Shown here: positions 19,867-34,800 of the stretch, piece after piece
How positions within the stretch are numbered: position 1 is the first letter of the stretch
How the letters are laid out: each line of letters opens with the position of its first letter
IMG/VR virus record: IMGVR_UViG_3300006735_000002
Coordinates: 1-64,000 of that record
Origin: a virus
Strand: one strand, 5' to 3'
DNA length: 64,000 bases
Position numbers and translations under genes: made by a program
The notes under the pieces: model-generated
Database searches by the model: none
What the model was told of the DNA's origin: nothing
The model's input: only the letters and a program-made list of their open reading frames with translations

Positions 19867-22800
19867 ATGTCGTATTTCGACAATCTGCGCAAGCGTGCCG
19901 GCTTCGCCATTGAGCCTTTCGCGGACCCCGAGCCGGAGCAGCTTCAGCCCCCCGAGGATGTGGGCGCAGGCGTAGCTGTCGATGCACCAGACACGCTGGG
20001 CGACCCTTTTCCAGGCGCACCCTCGGGCATCGCTAAGAGGCAGAAGTACGAGCTCCCCAAGGTCGAGTTCGATGACTTCGACCCCTTTGAAGCTTTGGGT
20101 AACGTCCAGTTTCAGGCAGAGTACGCCGCCGAAGTTGCCACTACGACAGGACAAGAAGCTCAACAGGCTCTCCGTGTTGCGGGTGAGCGCGAACTGTCTG
20201 ACCTTGGAGACGGCGTACTTGGAACGACCTTAGGGTCTCTCGCTCAGTTTTTGCCGGCGACAGCGGCGAAAGCCCGAATCAGCGCCGGGGAAGGTGACGT
20301 CGACATCCCAGGCATCACTTCATACCTGTTTAATCCGCAGGACACACCGGAAGAACTCTTTCAGACACTGTCCGCTTCAGAGATCGACGAGTCTTCTGCC
20401 GCAGCTCAGGAGATTGCCAAGCAGGGCCGGCGGGCGAAGAAGGTCCGTAATGCTCGGGACATTCGCGCAGACATCATGGCGCGAAAGATCGAGAAGGAGT
20501 TCGTCAACCACTACGGTGAAGCTCCGGGCGCCGAGAAGTACGCAGCTTTTATCGACAACATCATCGCGCAGACCTCGACTCCCGAGAAGCGGAGGACTGA
20601 GCGTGACGCTGAGTTCGTGCTGCTGGACGCCGCAGAGCGCAAGATGCCCAACAAGGGCGGAGGGGAGAGCCAGAGCCAGTACCAGTCCGTGCAGCGCCGC
20701 GCGGTCAACCTGGTGTTGGACACGTCAAAGGCGGGCATAGGTACGGCTTTCGCAGACAGCGCACTTGTTCAGGCTCTCCCTAACTTCATCGACACTGTCC
20801 CGAAAATCGAGCGAGACAAGATTCGTTCGGATCTTTCGGGAGCGCCTTCGACCGGTTCGACTCTTGAGCGTGCGGAGTTTTTGGCGCAGTTGTTCAACCT
20901 CCCGGCGCCACTTGAGGTCGACGGACTTGAGCCGATTCCCGCGACGTTGGTGGGGTCACAGGCCATTCGGGAAACGATCGCCAGCAACGACTTTATCTTC
21001 CGCGAGAAAAACACTCGGTCGACTCCTAAGACCGAAGACCTCTACCGTCCGCTGAAGTCCGACGCGGTGGCCGACGAAGACGAGCAGAGCCGGGTCATCT
21101 ATCTGGCGGGTCAGGCAGGCATTCCCGCCCCGATGGCGTACGCCATCTCAAAGACGGAGAGCACGGGCATACCCGATGGGTTCGCGTACAACCTGCACAT
21201 CGGAAGTTCTCTCGACAAACGCACTCCCGAGAGTCGTCGGCGCACTCCGCAGGAGGAGGTCGCACTTCGTCGTAGTCTGCGCGAGGCTGGATTCGATGTG
21301 GTAATGGAGCCGGTTGAACGCGACGGCGAACTCGTCTGGCCGGCTGAGAACTTCTACAGAGGCGACGCCAAGAAGGTCTTTCAGGCGGCGTACGGCGTCA
21401 ACGGTAAGGCGGCTGTCCAGGGCGGAGCCTGGGGCGAGTACCAGGTCCTGGGCCGGGATGGCGGTCTCATCGACGCCATGCTCCAGATTGACGGCGTAGA
21501 GGACGAGGACCAGGCCGCAGAGCAGGCGGTCCTGCAGTTCCGTGAGAACCCAAGCCTCATCGGCGACCAGTTGTTTGTCAACTGGTTCCGCCGCGAAGAC
21601 CCGCAGGCTGTGACGGCACGGCAAGCGGCCAACGATGGCGACGTTGAGACCTTGGGGCTTATGTACTACGGCGATTCGCCTGACCCAAAGCAGGTCACGG
21701 AGCGGCGAAAGTGGACGACTCGCACGAAAAACAACCTTGAAGACTACGTCGGCGGGATGTTCACGCCGCCTGAGTCGGCCGAGGACCAGCGGCCTGAGGC
21801 CCTGGTGTCGGTGGCAGGCGCCACTCCGCTCGCCGAGCGCGAGGACCCTGAAGACCTCATCGAAGAAGCTGCCACCGCCGTAGGCGAGATGATCGGTCAG
21901 TCTGACTTCCGCGAAGGTAAGACTGAAGTTGAGCAGGCGTTGGGGCTGAACGCAATCCAGGCTTCGTCGGGCAGCGGGCTGCTGCCGTCGTTCACCGCGT
22001 TTGCTCAGATGTCCGAGTACCCCGAAGAGGGCACGCCGACCCGAGAAAAAGCGGTAGCTCCTTACCGTGAGCTCATCAAAGCAGGAAGCCCTCTGCTGGC
22101 GGATATGAAAGACTCGTTCCGAGCACCGGTTGGAGAGAAGTTCTCGAAGTTTGCTCGCGCGGTGTACCGCGACATGCTTGAGTCAGCGAGGCTTTCGGGC
22201 GAGGAGCCTGACGAGCGTGAGATCGAGATTGAGGCAAGGAAGAAAGCGTTCAAGCTCATGATTTCCGCCCAGACGGCGGACGCTACCCTGCCACCGTTCC
22301 AGACCTCGTGGGACTACATCACGGGGCAGACCGACGAACTGAGCCTCATCGACGCGATGAAGCCGCTGGTCGAAGTTGTCGGCGCAGTTGACGGCGGCTT
22401 CGTCTACCGTCAGGAAGGAACCGGCCTCGCATTCATGAACGCGATGGACGCTCCTCCGGTCATGGGGCAGTCGTTCAACATCGGCGTGGTCAAATACTAC
22501 CTGTTGCCCGCGCTTGGGGCGGAGATCGAGAAGGCCCAGTCCGGAGAGCAGGGCCTAATGGACGCCGCAATCAACATGGGGATGTCCTCATTCAAGGCGT
22601 CGCAGCTGGGCACTAGCGTTATCCCAGGGGCCAGCGCAGTCACCGGAGGCGTTCTCGAAGAGGTCAAGCGCGCAGGTGTTCGCGGCGTGGCTGAGCGACA
22701 GAACTTTGTTGAGCTGGGCATTGAGCAGGGAGGCAACCTCACTGCTTGGGCCATGCAGCAGGCCTTGGACACAGAGCGCGGCCGAGAAGCTGTCGAAAGC

Positions 22801-25800
22801 CTCATCGAGTCGGGAGTGATCCCAATCCCTGCGGGGCTGGAGAAGGGCAACGTCGATCTGGCTACAATCGAAATCGCCCGAGCCGCAGGGTCGGTGTTGG
22901 GCACCGTGGGCGGCTTTATCGTCGCAGTTGCACACCCTGACGCTCTGATGGGTATCGGAGACACCAAGGCAGCAATCACCGCCGGCTATCGCCAGTTTAA
23001 GGCAATCCCCGACTTTGAGCGTACAACCGAGGCACTCATCGGCCTCCGGGGGGAAATCTACAAGCGCGGCCTCGGGCGTGTTTCTCGCACGGCTGAAATC
23101 GCCATGGGGCTTGAGCAAGTCGTTGCGCGAGACCAAGGCGGTAGCTCGACCAAAGCCGTCGCTGACGCCTACAGTGTACTGCTGGACAAGGTCGAGCAGC
23201 TGCGTGAGTCAGACAACCTCGACGCAGACCTGCGCGCCCGTGGTCGTGCTTCGGTATATGTTTTCATCGACGGCGAAGCCGAGCGTCGGATGGGGGAGAT
23301 CGCCGCGGGTGACTCGATTCAGTCCGCCGCAGCCAAGGACGCGCTCGACGAAGGGTTCTCCGAGGTAGTCGCGGCGAAGCTCAAGTCGGTCGCGGAAGAG
23401 GCCATCGCGTCCGGCAACCCCCTGAAGAAAGAGGAGGGCAAGCGCCTGCTGGCTATCGTAAACGCAGGTATCGGCGATAACGTCACGCTCACTCCGAAGC
23501 TATCGGACATTAAGGAAGCGAAGACGCAGGACGGCAGGATTGTCGCAAACGTCGCGTTCAGTACGGCCGATCGTCTCGAGGCATTGATCTTGGGCCTGAA
23601 GCTCGACGACCCCTCAAAAGACTCGACAGCGCTTCGCCAGACCATTTTTGAGCAGCGTATGGGCCGTGTCCGCCCCACCCTGGGCAATACGAACTCTAAA
23701 GACATCGCAGGCTTCGCTCAAAACCCCACGCTGGCCAACGGTCTCGACGTCTTTGCCCCAGTCTCGGAGAAGGCGCTGGACGCAAGCCTCGAAGGCGTCA
23801 GGTTGTCGGACGCCAAGAAGGAGGAGTTCCGCGCGACAAGGGCTGCGCTGGAGGACTTCCACAAGCGCCTGAAAGCTGCCGTCGCAGACGGCAGCATTCT
23901 TGACCCGCTCGTAAGCGCAGACTTCAAGAACGAGTTTCGCCAGAAGAAGTTCAAGCAGAGCAGCTACAGGCTGTTTAACAACTCCGAGGAGAGCGACCGC
24001 GGACGCCGCTACGCGCAGGTGCTGACAGGCGTGTTCAATGAGGCGGCCGTCGTCACCAACAAGAGCGAAGGTCATCAGTTCTTGCGGCGTGGTCTCGATG
24101 CCGTGCTGACTTACTCAACCGAGCGAGGGAAGACAATCCAGAGCTTTTCTCGGAGCCTGGTCGACGAAGACGCGGTGCGGGCCGGAGGGTTTACGGACGT
24201 AGACGACTTCCTCGACCCACAAGGCTCTCGTCACTACGTGAACCGCGCTATCTCGGCGATGCTGGTTTCGACCAAGGAAGGCATTCTCTCGTTCGCCCTG
24301 GGCGTGCCAGGGCTGCGCCGGACGGTTGACCCCGCGATGCTCAAGGTCCAGCAGCGTTCGATGATGTCCACCGCGGCGCTGCATCAGATGCGGGCAGATG
24401 GTCAGGACCCGTTCACTGTAGCGGCTTCCGTGCAGGGCGAAGTGCTTCGTCGTCTTCGGCAGGAGAAGGCGCTCGCAGTGCAGGCGGGCGACAGTGTGCG
24501 TTCAGCCGAGGTCAGCGACCAGATCGACGAGGTCCTTACACCTCAGTGGCGCACAGGTCTCATCGACTGGATGAAGGCTTCGGCTGACGCCATCTCTCGC
24601 GGCGAAGACCCTCAGTCCGTGGTGAAGTACAACCTCCCCATCGGCATCACGTTGGGCACGGCCAGCGAGACAGCTCTGCCAGTGCTGCCGGCGACGCGCA
24701 AGTTCGCGCGAGGATCGTTCTTCCGGGCGTTCGGCTTCTCTCCCCCTGAGCAAGTTCGAGCAGGGCAGCTGAGCCCCGGTACACGCACTGTGCGGCCCCG
24801 CATCTCTCCTGAAGAGGAGCGCGCGGTCGAGTACGTGCTGGACAGGATGCTGCGCTACATGGCACGCGCGGACATGATGCAAAGCCCAGGGGCTGCCAAC
24901 GCCAAGGTCGAGAACTTCATCAAGCAGAATATCCTGAATGTTCGGTCGGTGGACTCGCTGAACAACTTCGCGGCCAAGGCCACAGAGATGCGTGGAGCAC
25001 TCAGCTCTACCCGCGATGCCATTTCTCAGCGTCGACATGGAATGTCGTACGACGAGCTCGCAGCGACAGGCGACACCCGTGCTCGGGTCGAGGTGCAGTC
25101 GGACGCGATGCAGTCGGTCCTTCCTCTGATGTCTGAGCGGGAAGCGTTCCTTATCTTCCACCGCACTTACGAAGAGCTCGAAGACATCATCGCAGCGGCT
25201 CGCCGCGGTGAGACCGGCGATGATTTTGTGGCGACGCGGCTGTTTCAGGACGCATCTGCCGCAAGCGCTGATGCCGACGAGGTTGCCGAAGCCCGGCGTC
25301 TGTACGAGGAGCAGGGGGTTGAGTCGCCGTACTTCAAGCGGTGGCTCGGTGACTCCAAGGTCGTGGACGACGAGGGTCAGCCGCTGGTCGTGTATCACGG
25401 CACCGCAGGTGATTTCGACGAGTTTGGTCGAAAGAGGCCGCAGGAGCTGGGGTATCACTTCGGAAGTTCCGAAGCAGCCTCGACTCGCCTTGGTCTACTC
25501 GTCGAAGAAGAAGTGGCGGCGCTTAGCGATACAGAGCGTGCGCGCTACTTCGAGGCAGTTCGGTCTACTTCTGAAGGCGTAAACGTCGTTCCGGTATACC
25601 TCTCGATGACGCCGCTGCGCGTGAGTGACTCGGTTTCATGGACAGGCGTGTCGGTAATCGATGATATGGCGCGTCGTTACCCTCAGTTTGCAGACATCTT
25701 TGGCGAAGCGCGTACGCGGTTGTCTGCGATTCCTGAGACAGACCTGGCGGCGCGTGCCGACGTTGTAAAGGACGCAGTCCGTAAGACTGGTCATGATGGT

Positions 25801-28800
25801 TTGGTTTATCGAAATGTGATCGAGGGTGGAGGAGATTCTTACATCGCCTTCGACCCAACCCAGGTCAAGTCCGTCTACAACCGCGGCACCTTCGATGACA
25901 GCGCACGGCTGCTCTTTCAGGGTGAAGACGTCCAGCGTGTGGCTCGTCGTCGCGGCGGTGGGCGCCGCAGGGTGGACCCTGATGCCTCCATCGGGTCGAA
26001 GCAGCCTGTAGGCGTCAAGACCCGTGCGGCGAGGATCAACGAGAAGTTTGGGCCTCTGGCGGGCACCGCTGAGCGTGCGGTACTCGCATACAATGGAGCC
26101 CTTAGCAGGGCTCGCCTCAACCCCAAGAGGACGCAGGCCCTGCTCGAGAAAGCCCAGAACGCGATCAAGCGGGCTTACGTCACGTTCTCGATGGGCAACG
26201 CTCAGAAGGTACCTGACCTGCTGCTCGACATTGCAGATGCCATCAAGACTGACGACGCGGTTCTCGAGGCTTTGGCGAGTAAGCCGAACTTCCATGGAGT
26301 CATGAGCAACCTGGTCAGGAAGGCGCGCAACCCTGAGCAGTTGACTCAGGCGGACGTTCGCTCCATCGAGACAACTCTCGATATGATAGGTCTCGCAGAC
26401 CGATTTGACGCTCGTCGTATCGGCTCGTACACCGGAGAGGTCGCCAAGGCTCCCAAACGTGAGGCCGAAGCGCTGGCAGCGGTGGCGGATGCGGCTGCCC
26501 CGGCGGCGCAGCCGGTTGCTGCCGCTAAGCGGCTCAGGATGCCTGAGGCTCCTGAGCGTTCTCCCAAGGTCGGTGAGGTGCTCGGCGACATCGAGAAGTT
26601 GTCGGACATCAAGGGTCTGAAGTCTCAGGTGCTTGCGGCTGCTCTGGACCTCAAGGGCGACTACGGTCGTGACGCTGACGTCGTGCTCAAGGCGATCGAC
26701 ATGATCGGTCCTGAGCGACTCAACGACATCGCGCTGACGGTTGCTCGCGAGCCTGGGCCAGAAGGCCGGCGTGCGATGTTCGACTTCACCGAAAACACTA
26801 TTCGGATCTACGAAGACGCCCTCGAGACCGGCGTTTTTTCCGACGAGGTAGTCAAGGAACTCTGGCGGTCGCTGACTCGGTATCTCCCCGAAGACGAGAT
26901 CAAGGCCCTCTCTGACGAGTACCTCGACCAGCGCGCGATGTTTATGCGCGAGGAGTCCGAGCTCTTCGACGCGCAGGGCGCGTTGAAGGAGGGCGCTAAC
27001 ATCGACGACGTCGACCGACATATCCTCGACTTTGAGGATTGGGTGGTCCAGAGTATGAAGGACCTCGCGCTGCAGAAGTCGCGAGAGGCTGTGTTCCAGA
27101 CCACCGGGGCGGGGAGGCTGTCGAAGCGACCTCTAAACGTCAGGGGCAACAGGGTCCTGAAGGTGTTGATGGACACGGTCAAGGGTCTCGTGCAGGAGTT
27201 TTTCAGCCAGGCGAAGAACCTGACGCAGATCATCGAGGACTTCTACTCGTCGGGCAAGTACACTGAGCGGCTTCGCGAGAAGGGCATTCAGCTGGTCGTT
27301 ACGGACGAGGATCTTCTGCGTCGTCAGAAGGAGTGGACGAAGTTTATTGATGAGTCGGCGAAGGTCGAGCCGAAGAGGGCTTTGGGTCAAGTTAAGACGC
27401 CCGGAGGAAAACAGAAGGGCGACGATGCGGCAGCAGCGGCTGCGCGAACAGAGGCCATTGACAAAGCGACTGCGCGCGCTGGTAAGTCTGACGCTGCAAT
27501 CTCGGTCGGGGAACTCAAGAAGCTCGCAGATCGATTTAGCCGCACCGCGTCTACAACCGACAACCCCAAGCGGGTTGCGATGGTGCGCAGGAAGTTCCGC
27601 GAAGGCATCGACCCTGTGATCGCGGCAGTTGGCAACGACGAAGCGAAGGCCCTGCTGACTCCGCTGCTCGAGGCTGCCAAGGCAGACGATGCAGTGGCAG
27701 ATGCTCTGGCGAAGAGCCCTGAGGCCATCAACGCCATTGAAAACTTGGCGGTTCAGGCAGACGTCGCTGAAGACCTCGCACCCGTGGTAGAGGCGTTCCG
27801 CAGAGACATTACTGACGCTGGGCTCGGAGATCGACTGCCTGAGGTCGAGGTCCCTGCAGCAGTTGTGTCTGACGAAGTGGCGACTCCAGCAGCCCCCAAG
27901 GCCACGCCTGTCGCAGAGGCTGAGCCCAAGGTCGCGGCGGTGCCGCAGCCTGATGAAGGTGTCGACAATCTGACTGGCGCAGTCGCTGACAGAGCGACGT
28001 CGCGCGTGATGGAGATTCTCAAGTTCGAGGCAGGCAAGGATGACACGACCGTCAAGCGAGCGGTCAAGTTCGTCTTCCCGCGCGAGGAAGTCGCTCAGCG
28101 CATGCTCAACGAGGCGATCAAGGACGACGTGACTCGCGTTCTTCGGTCGGGAATCGTGGACCGTCTCACTGAGCTGGGCGTGACGGCGAAGGTCGACGGC
28201 GAAGAAGCCTCTGCAAAGCAGTTGGTGCGCTTGTTCAATGACCTTCAGTCGAAGGAGGACGCCGCGCGGTACGGCAAGGTAGACGGCAGTGCTGAAGCGG
28301 GTGACGAGCTTCTCGTAAATGCGCGGGCAGAGCTTGAGACTGACATCGCCGAACTCAATAAGCGGATTGAAGCTGCCGAAGAAGAGGCCGAAATCGGCAA
28401 ACTTCGCCGTCAGCTTGGTGAGGCTGAGAGTGCTCTTGAGGAAATGGAGCGTGGCCGTGAGACTGTGGAAATCCGTCGCAGCGCTTCGAAGTTTCTCGAT
28501 GACGTCTACGACCCTAAGCGCGGCCTGGAGAACGCACAGCGAGGCCTTGCTCTGGTCGAGCGGCTTTCTGCCGGAGTGTCTGCTCCCGGCGGAGCTTCTT
28601 TGAGAAGCATGGTCGGAGAACTGTCGCCCGAGGAGCAGAACGTCGCTCGCTACCTGCTTGAGCGGCAGATGAAGAACCACAAGCGCGGCACGGCGCTGAC
28701 CATGGAGGTCAGGGACGACGGTGAGCTGTACTTCCAGTTGGTGGGGGACCGTCCGCTGTTCGACGAAGACGATGTCATCGTCAAGTTGTTCCGTGACGAG

Positions 28801-31800
28801 GCCAAGGCTCGGGCGAAGCAAACCGAAGCGGCGGAGGCCGCCAAGAAACTTGCGAACGAAGCAAACAAGAAAAAGAGGAACGCCCAAAATCGTCTCGCTC
28901 GGCTCGAGGCGGCAGCGACGAAGATCGAAGAAGATGCAGCGGTGGCGACAGAAGACGCCATGAAGATCGCCGCAGAGCGTTTTGCGGAGAACCTGCCGGA
29001 TAGATTCGAGCAGGTACAGGCCGCTCAGACCGCCGCGATGGATAGTCTCCTTCCGCTTGACACGCCCAAGAGGTTGACGCCTACGCTCGAGATTCAGCCC
29101 GGTCTTGAGACGGCTACAGCGTCTCTTGTGGACCTGGAGCGGCTGCTGTCGGAAGGCTTCGATCGCAACAAGGACCGTTCAGCGGTGCTGTCGCTCATTA
29201 TCGACACCGCAGACACTCTCTCCCCTTATCTTCGTTTCGACTTTCCAGAGTCTATCGGAGTTATCGACGAGACGAACAAGGGGCGCCTGAAGGTCGGAAC
29301 GACCAAGCAGCTGCTCACCAACATGGTCGATACGATCAAGGCAGCGCTGGCCCCCGAGGACCTCGAGGTGGTTGAAGGTGCGGTGGACCTCATTCGCGCC
29401 GACAACCTCCAGGAGGCAGTTGACCTCAAGCGGGCTGAGCCTGATGCGGCTCCGGCTCCTGCGCCCCTGCCGACTACGCCGGCAGAGCACACGCCGCTCC
29501 CGCTTGATGCCATCAATCAGAGCACGCTGCGCACGAAAAGCGGCGAGGGCGTTCAGTTGCCGCAGCCCACGACTCTCGATGAAGTCGAGGCGATTGACAA
29601 CATCGAAGAAGCCTTCCTCGACATGAAGACTTCTGAGTTGACCGAAGTCGCGACGACCCGCGGCATCGACATCGAGGACTTCCGTCGCGAAGACGGTAAG
29701 GTCGACTGGGGCGGGTTGGTTAAGGTCCTGGCGAAGCAGGACTCTGACGCTATTCGGTCGCAGCGTTTGGTGGCTGAAACCACGGAAGTCGAGGGTGCTA
29801 CGGCAACCGACGCTGTTCGGCGCGCTGAGATCGAAGACTTGGCGGAGGAAGCCGCGCCCCAGATTCCTGTTGAAGAGGCTGTCGCGCAGCTTGACGAGGC
29901 CGCCGAAACACTGATGACAACCGGCGCCGAGGTGGCTCGAGAGCGACAGGTTCGCCTCGCAAAGCTCATCCGTGAGGCACGTGACCTCAAGGGCATGACG
30001 CGGCAGGAGATTTCCGACCGCATCTTCGCAGACCTGGACTTCACAGAGCGTCGGCGTATCGCGGAAAGCGGTGGTATCGACGACCTGGTCAACGACATCA
30101 CCGGCACGGTCGATGTCCGCATCAAGGAAATCTCAAAGGAAATCTCCAAGCTGCGCACGCAGGTCAGAGTCGCCAATCGGAAGGCCGACGCGTCTTCGCG
30201 GGAAGTCACTCAGCGTAACTACCGTGACGCCGCCGACCGCTATCAGCGCCAGGCTGACACGATGCAGGAGTTCCTCGACGACATCATCCGTAAGGATCGA
30301 GCCGCCTTGGACGAAGAGATGCGTGTGGCTGTCGACGAGGAGGCTGCTCGGCGCGCGGCGGAAGCTATCCCAGAACCTGAAGCTGAAGTCGCAAAGACAC
30401 TTGAGGCCGAAGTCGCGCCGGAAGCTGTGCGCGCGGCGGAGGCTGCGCCTACCGTAAAGGTAGAGCCCAAGCCCGCAAAGGTCGCCGTGGCCGAAGAGGT
30501 GGAAGAAGTCGAAGAAGCCGTTGAAGACAGCGCTGTCAATGTCGAAGAGATCCGCAAGAGGGTCGAGCGCTGGGACAAGGAGAACCGTCGCGACAAGCCT
30601 CCCGCACCTCCGGCGAGCGCGCCTCCGCGCGACCGTGGGACGGACGCTCCTGACGCTCGGGCGATGGTCTACTTCATGGACGACTCGTCGGCGATCATCT
30701 ACGCGCTCAAGAACGCTGACGCTTCATCTGGCCTGCACGAGATGTCTCATGTTCTCCGTCGCCACTTGCGGCCGGAGGACCTGCGGGTGTCTCTCGACTG
30801 GGTCAACAGCCAGCTGCGGCGCACTGAGATCGACGGCCAGACTGTCGAGGCTCTGCCTGAAATCAGCCTGGACCGCTACGGCAACTTCACAGGTCGAGCC
30901 GACTCGGTCGTGACTGCGGAGGAGCTCTTCGCTGAGGCTCATGAGCAGTACCTCCGCGAGGGCCGCGCGCCGACGAAGGCGATGGACGCTGTCTTCAAGG
31001 TGATGAAGGAGCTTCTGCGAAGCATCGTCACCACGCTCGGCATTGTTCCTCACCGCCTGGAAATCAGTCGTGAAATGAACGACTTGTTCGATTCCATCTA
31101 CGGGGCTCGCAGGGATCTCGACATCACTGAGCTGACGCAGGTCACTCGGTACTACGACACTCAGCGTGCGCTTGCAGGCGGAAGAACTGGCCTCCGTCGT
31201 GCCGGTCGCCTTGAGTCTGACCTCGTGATCGAGGATGAGCTGACCGATCGCTTCAGGCAGCGCATTCTCAGCCTGCAGGAATACTCCACGCGCTTTGCCC
31301 CGCTGGAAGGTAGGCAGTACAGGTTGGAGCAGTCCGCTCTCGGAGTGAAGACGCCTGGACGCGTCGGAGCTCTTGGTCTCGGCACGGGGGGCGCAAAGGA
31401 CTATGGCCCAGTCAGCCGTCGCTTCTTGCCGATGGAGACGGGGGCGCGCATCCGTGGAGGCAAGGCTACCGGTAGCGACCGCGGTATTGCGTCTGTGCTC
31501 AAAGCCGCAGATTATGCTGCGGTGATGGCGGCAAACGCCGCGGTGTTCCTGCCTTACACTCTGCTGTACGGCACGGACGCAATGATGCTGCTTCGGTCGG
31601 CACCGGCCGCGTCCCGCCCTCTGCTGTACGGTCAGGGTCGAGAGCTCGAAGAGTTCACCTACGGCTTGACCGTGTTGATCAACGACGTCAAGAACCGCAC
31701 AGGGGACGCTCAGAAGCGCGGCCTCAACGATATCATCAGCTATTTGCGCGGACAGCCCGTCTACCTGCTGACAGGGGCCGAGGCAGGAACCCTGACTCGC

Positions 31801-34800
31801 GGAACTTCGGTTGATTCTGGCGACGCGTTCTTCGCGATGCTCGACCAGATGCTGTCTCGACTTGACCCGGCTGCTCGGACGGCGCTCGCGGATGAAGCTT
31901 CTCAAGCACTGTCAGGAGACATGAGGGCCACGAAGTCGCTTAGCGGATTCTGGAAGGGGTACTCCGTCAAGCGCGTGGACGGCATGTCTATCGGTAACAG
32001 TGAGGGGCTGCTGCTGAACGATGCGTATCTTGACGAGATGACGGTAGTGACAGCCAAGGGCGACACTATCAAGCTCGATGGTCCGACGCAGGACATGCTC
32101 GGCGCAATGTTCGAGGCTCTTGAGGGGAGCCCCGTTGGCAACAACGTCCCGGTGTCTGACGCAACGAAGACGGCGGCAGCTCTGTTGATGTTCCACTCGG
32201 GCAAGTCGACGTTCACGAACAACGGCGTCGAGGTCACTATTGAGATGGCTCAGAGGCTGAGTGGAGAAGACACTGCGCTGGGCCTGCTTATGCGCGGCGC
32301 GTCCTTTGATGTTGACGGAACCACTGTCAATGTGCCGGGTCTCATGCAGGTGACCGGAGATAATGGCAAGGCTCTGCGTGGTTTGCTGGCTCTCGGCACC
32401 TACTCTGCCAGCTCTCGGATTACTGCGGACGCTGCGGAGATTGGTCTGGGGGTTACGCCTGGCCAGTTCCGGTCATACGCACGGTTTATGAGTGGTCAGC
32501 AGGCGCGGATGACGCCATCGCAGATTGACGAGGCGAAGGCCGTCATCGCCAAGTTCGGCTTCTCCATGGACTTTACGAAGATCGGCTCTCGCCTGGGCTC
32601 TTACTACATTCCGCGCCCGGCGCTTAGCAAGATCAAGGGTGCGCTCAACGATGCCGACCGGCTGCTCAGTCTCCGGTCTTCCGGCGACGGAGCGACGGAC
32701 GTAGTGTCTCAGATGGTGGCTTGGTTGTTCCAGGTCACCAACACCGAAGCCATTTTCGGGTCGCTCCTGCCGAAGTCAACCTTCCGCACTCCGTCGTTTA
32801 TCGACGCCGTTGCCGGCGCCATGTCTGTCGGCGGCGGTACTCCTGCAATGACGACAGCTGCTCGCATGAGTGCGGGTACCGCCCTCGGCTACGGCCTGGG
32901 TATTCCTGGCTTCCCTGGGTCTGAGTTGATCAGCGCTGAGCGCATGGCGGACATCGCGGATGCTCTCCCCAACGCCGTGCGAAAGAGGTTGCGGAGGAGT
33001 CTCGGCGGCTCTGAGAGTTACCGCCTATACCCTGATCCGAAGAACCCCGGTAAGTTCATCTCTTCCGATGAAGTTGTCCAGGGCATGAAGTCGTCGCTTC
33101 GCGAAGCTGCGGTGAGGCAAGGCGACGCTTTCGCCAAATCTCTGACCGAGGGGATGTCCGCGTCGAAGCACCGCGTGGAAGTTCTGCCCATCATAAACAA
33201 CGACCCGCAGGCCATCTTCGTTCTTAACGGTTCGCCCTACCGTGCCTCGGATTTGCGCCGCATCTTCGTCCGAAACGGTCTTTACAACAACGCGTTCAAG
33301 GGCGTAACGATGTTCCTGCGGAACGAAGGCGCCATCGGTTTCGGCGTTGACGGTTTCGGCAAGGAAGACCGGCTCAAGAGTGCGCTTAGCCCCAGCAACA
33401 GCCGTGCCGTAGACTCAATGGTGAGTGTAATCGAAGGCGCGGGTGCCTCCCGGAGCAGCGAGCTGGTGCGTGACGCGTATCACATGGGTCGGAGCGGGGC
33501 GTCGCGAGTGTTCGAGCACGGTCTCGAGTCGATGGATGCGTTCGCTGACCTTGAGCGCACGGGCATGGCGGTGTCCTTCATTGAGCTGGGCGTTCCGCCA
33601 GAGCTCGCTGCGAAGATGGTCGTCAAGGCGGTCTACGACTACCGAGGGTCGCTGACGCGGGCAGACCGGACGCTGTTCAAGCGCGCGTTCATGCCGTTCT
33701 TCGGCTTCCAGAAGAACGCGATGGCGCACTTCACCGACCTGCTTGCTTCTCCTCGTGGCCGGTTCTTCGCGCGGGTCATGGGGCGCATGCCGCGGATGAC
33801 CATGGAAGCACTCTCGACGCTGTACTTCGAGACCGTCGTTGGGCCTTACGGCGTCAACACCACGGCCATGAACGAGGCTGAGATCAATCTCTACTACGAG
33901 GCTCGTAGTTTCTTTGAGCTGGGTCTCGGTGACGATGTGTCGGCGGAAGACCTGTTGGTCTACCGAGAGATGCTGCCAGAAGACGCGAAGGACATCAGCG
34001 ACGAAGAGCTCATGGACTACAGTTTCGACGGCTGGACTGTCCGTGATGGCTACAACGGATACGACAACGTCCCTGAAGACATGCGCGCCACAATGCGGTA
34101 CCTGCTGCTTGCGCGCGGCCAGCTTCGGGCGAATGGTCGGTACGTCAAGATGTCAGAAGCGGTGATTGACAGAGACCTCCGGCAGCAGTTTGTTCAGATG
34201 GGCGCAACGATGGCGGTTGTCGATGAGCCGAGCTTGTCGGCGCTGCCTGCCTGGGCGGCAAACCGCTACCCCACTGTCTTGATTTCTCCTGCCGTCATGA
34301 CCAACTCGATTCAGGCGAGTCGGCGCGGGTCAAAGGGTATGGGGGATTCTGTCGGCATCATGCTCCCCGACAACTTCATCAACGCGGGGTTTGAGCAGAC
34401 GGCCGCGACGTTGGCGACGGTGTACGCAGGAGCTTTCGCCGCTAGCGAAGCGGCGGATTTCGTTTTCTCTGACGGTACGCGCACCGAGGTTGCTGCGGCT
34501 ATGCGCATGTTGGCCAACTCCGCGACACCGATGATCGACATCCGCGGAGGCGGGTCTCCTGGGATGCAGCAGCTCATGCTGCTTTCCGAAGTCGGTATCA
34601 ACGACGGAGACTTGTACGTCGAACTCGACCCGTTCATCGCTCGCTTGATGGCGGGTACGCTGATTCCCATCAACTACACCGAGGGTGACGATGATCTCCG
34701 GTTCCTCGAAAACTTGGCGCCGGAGACGCGAGCGATGCTCAACAAGCTCACGCGCGTGAGCTCGCTCGGTGGACTCCGCGAAGTCGAGTATCCGTCGTTC

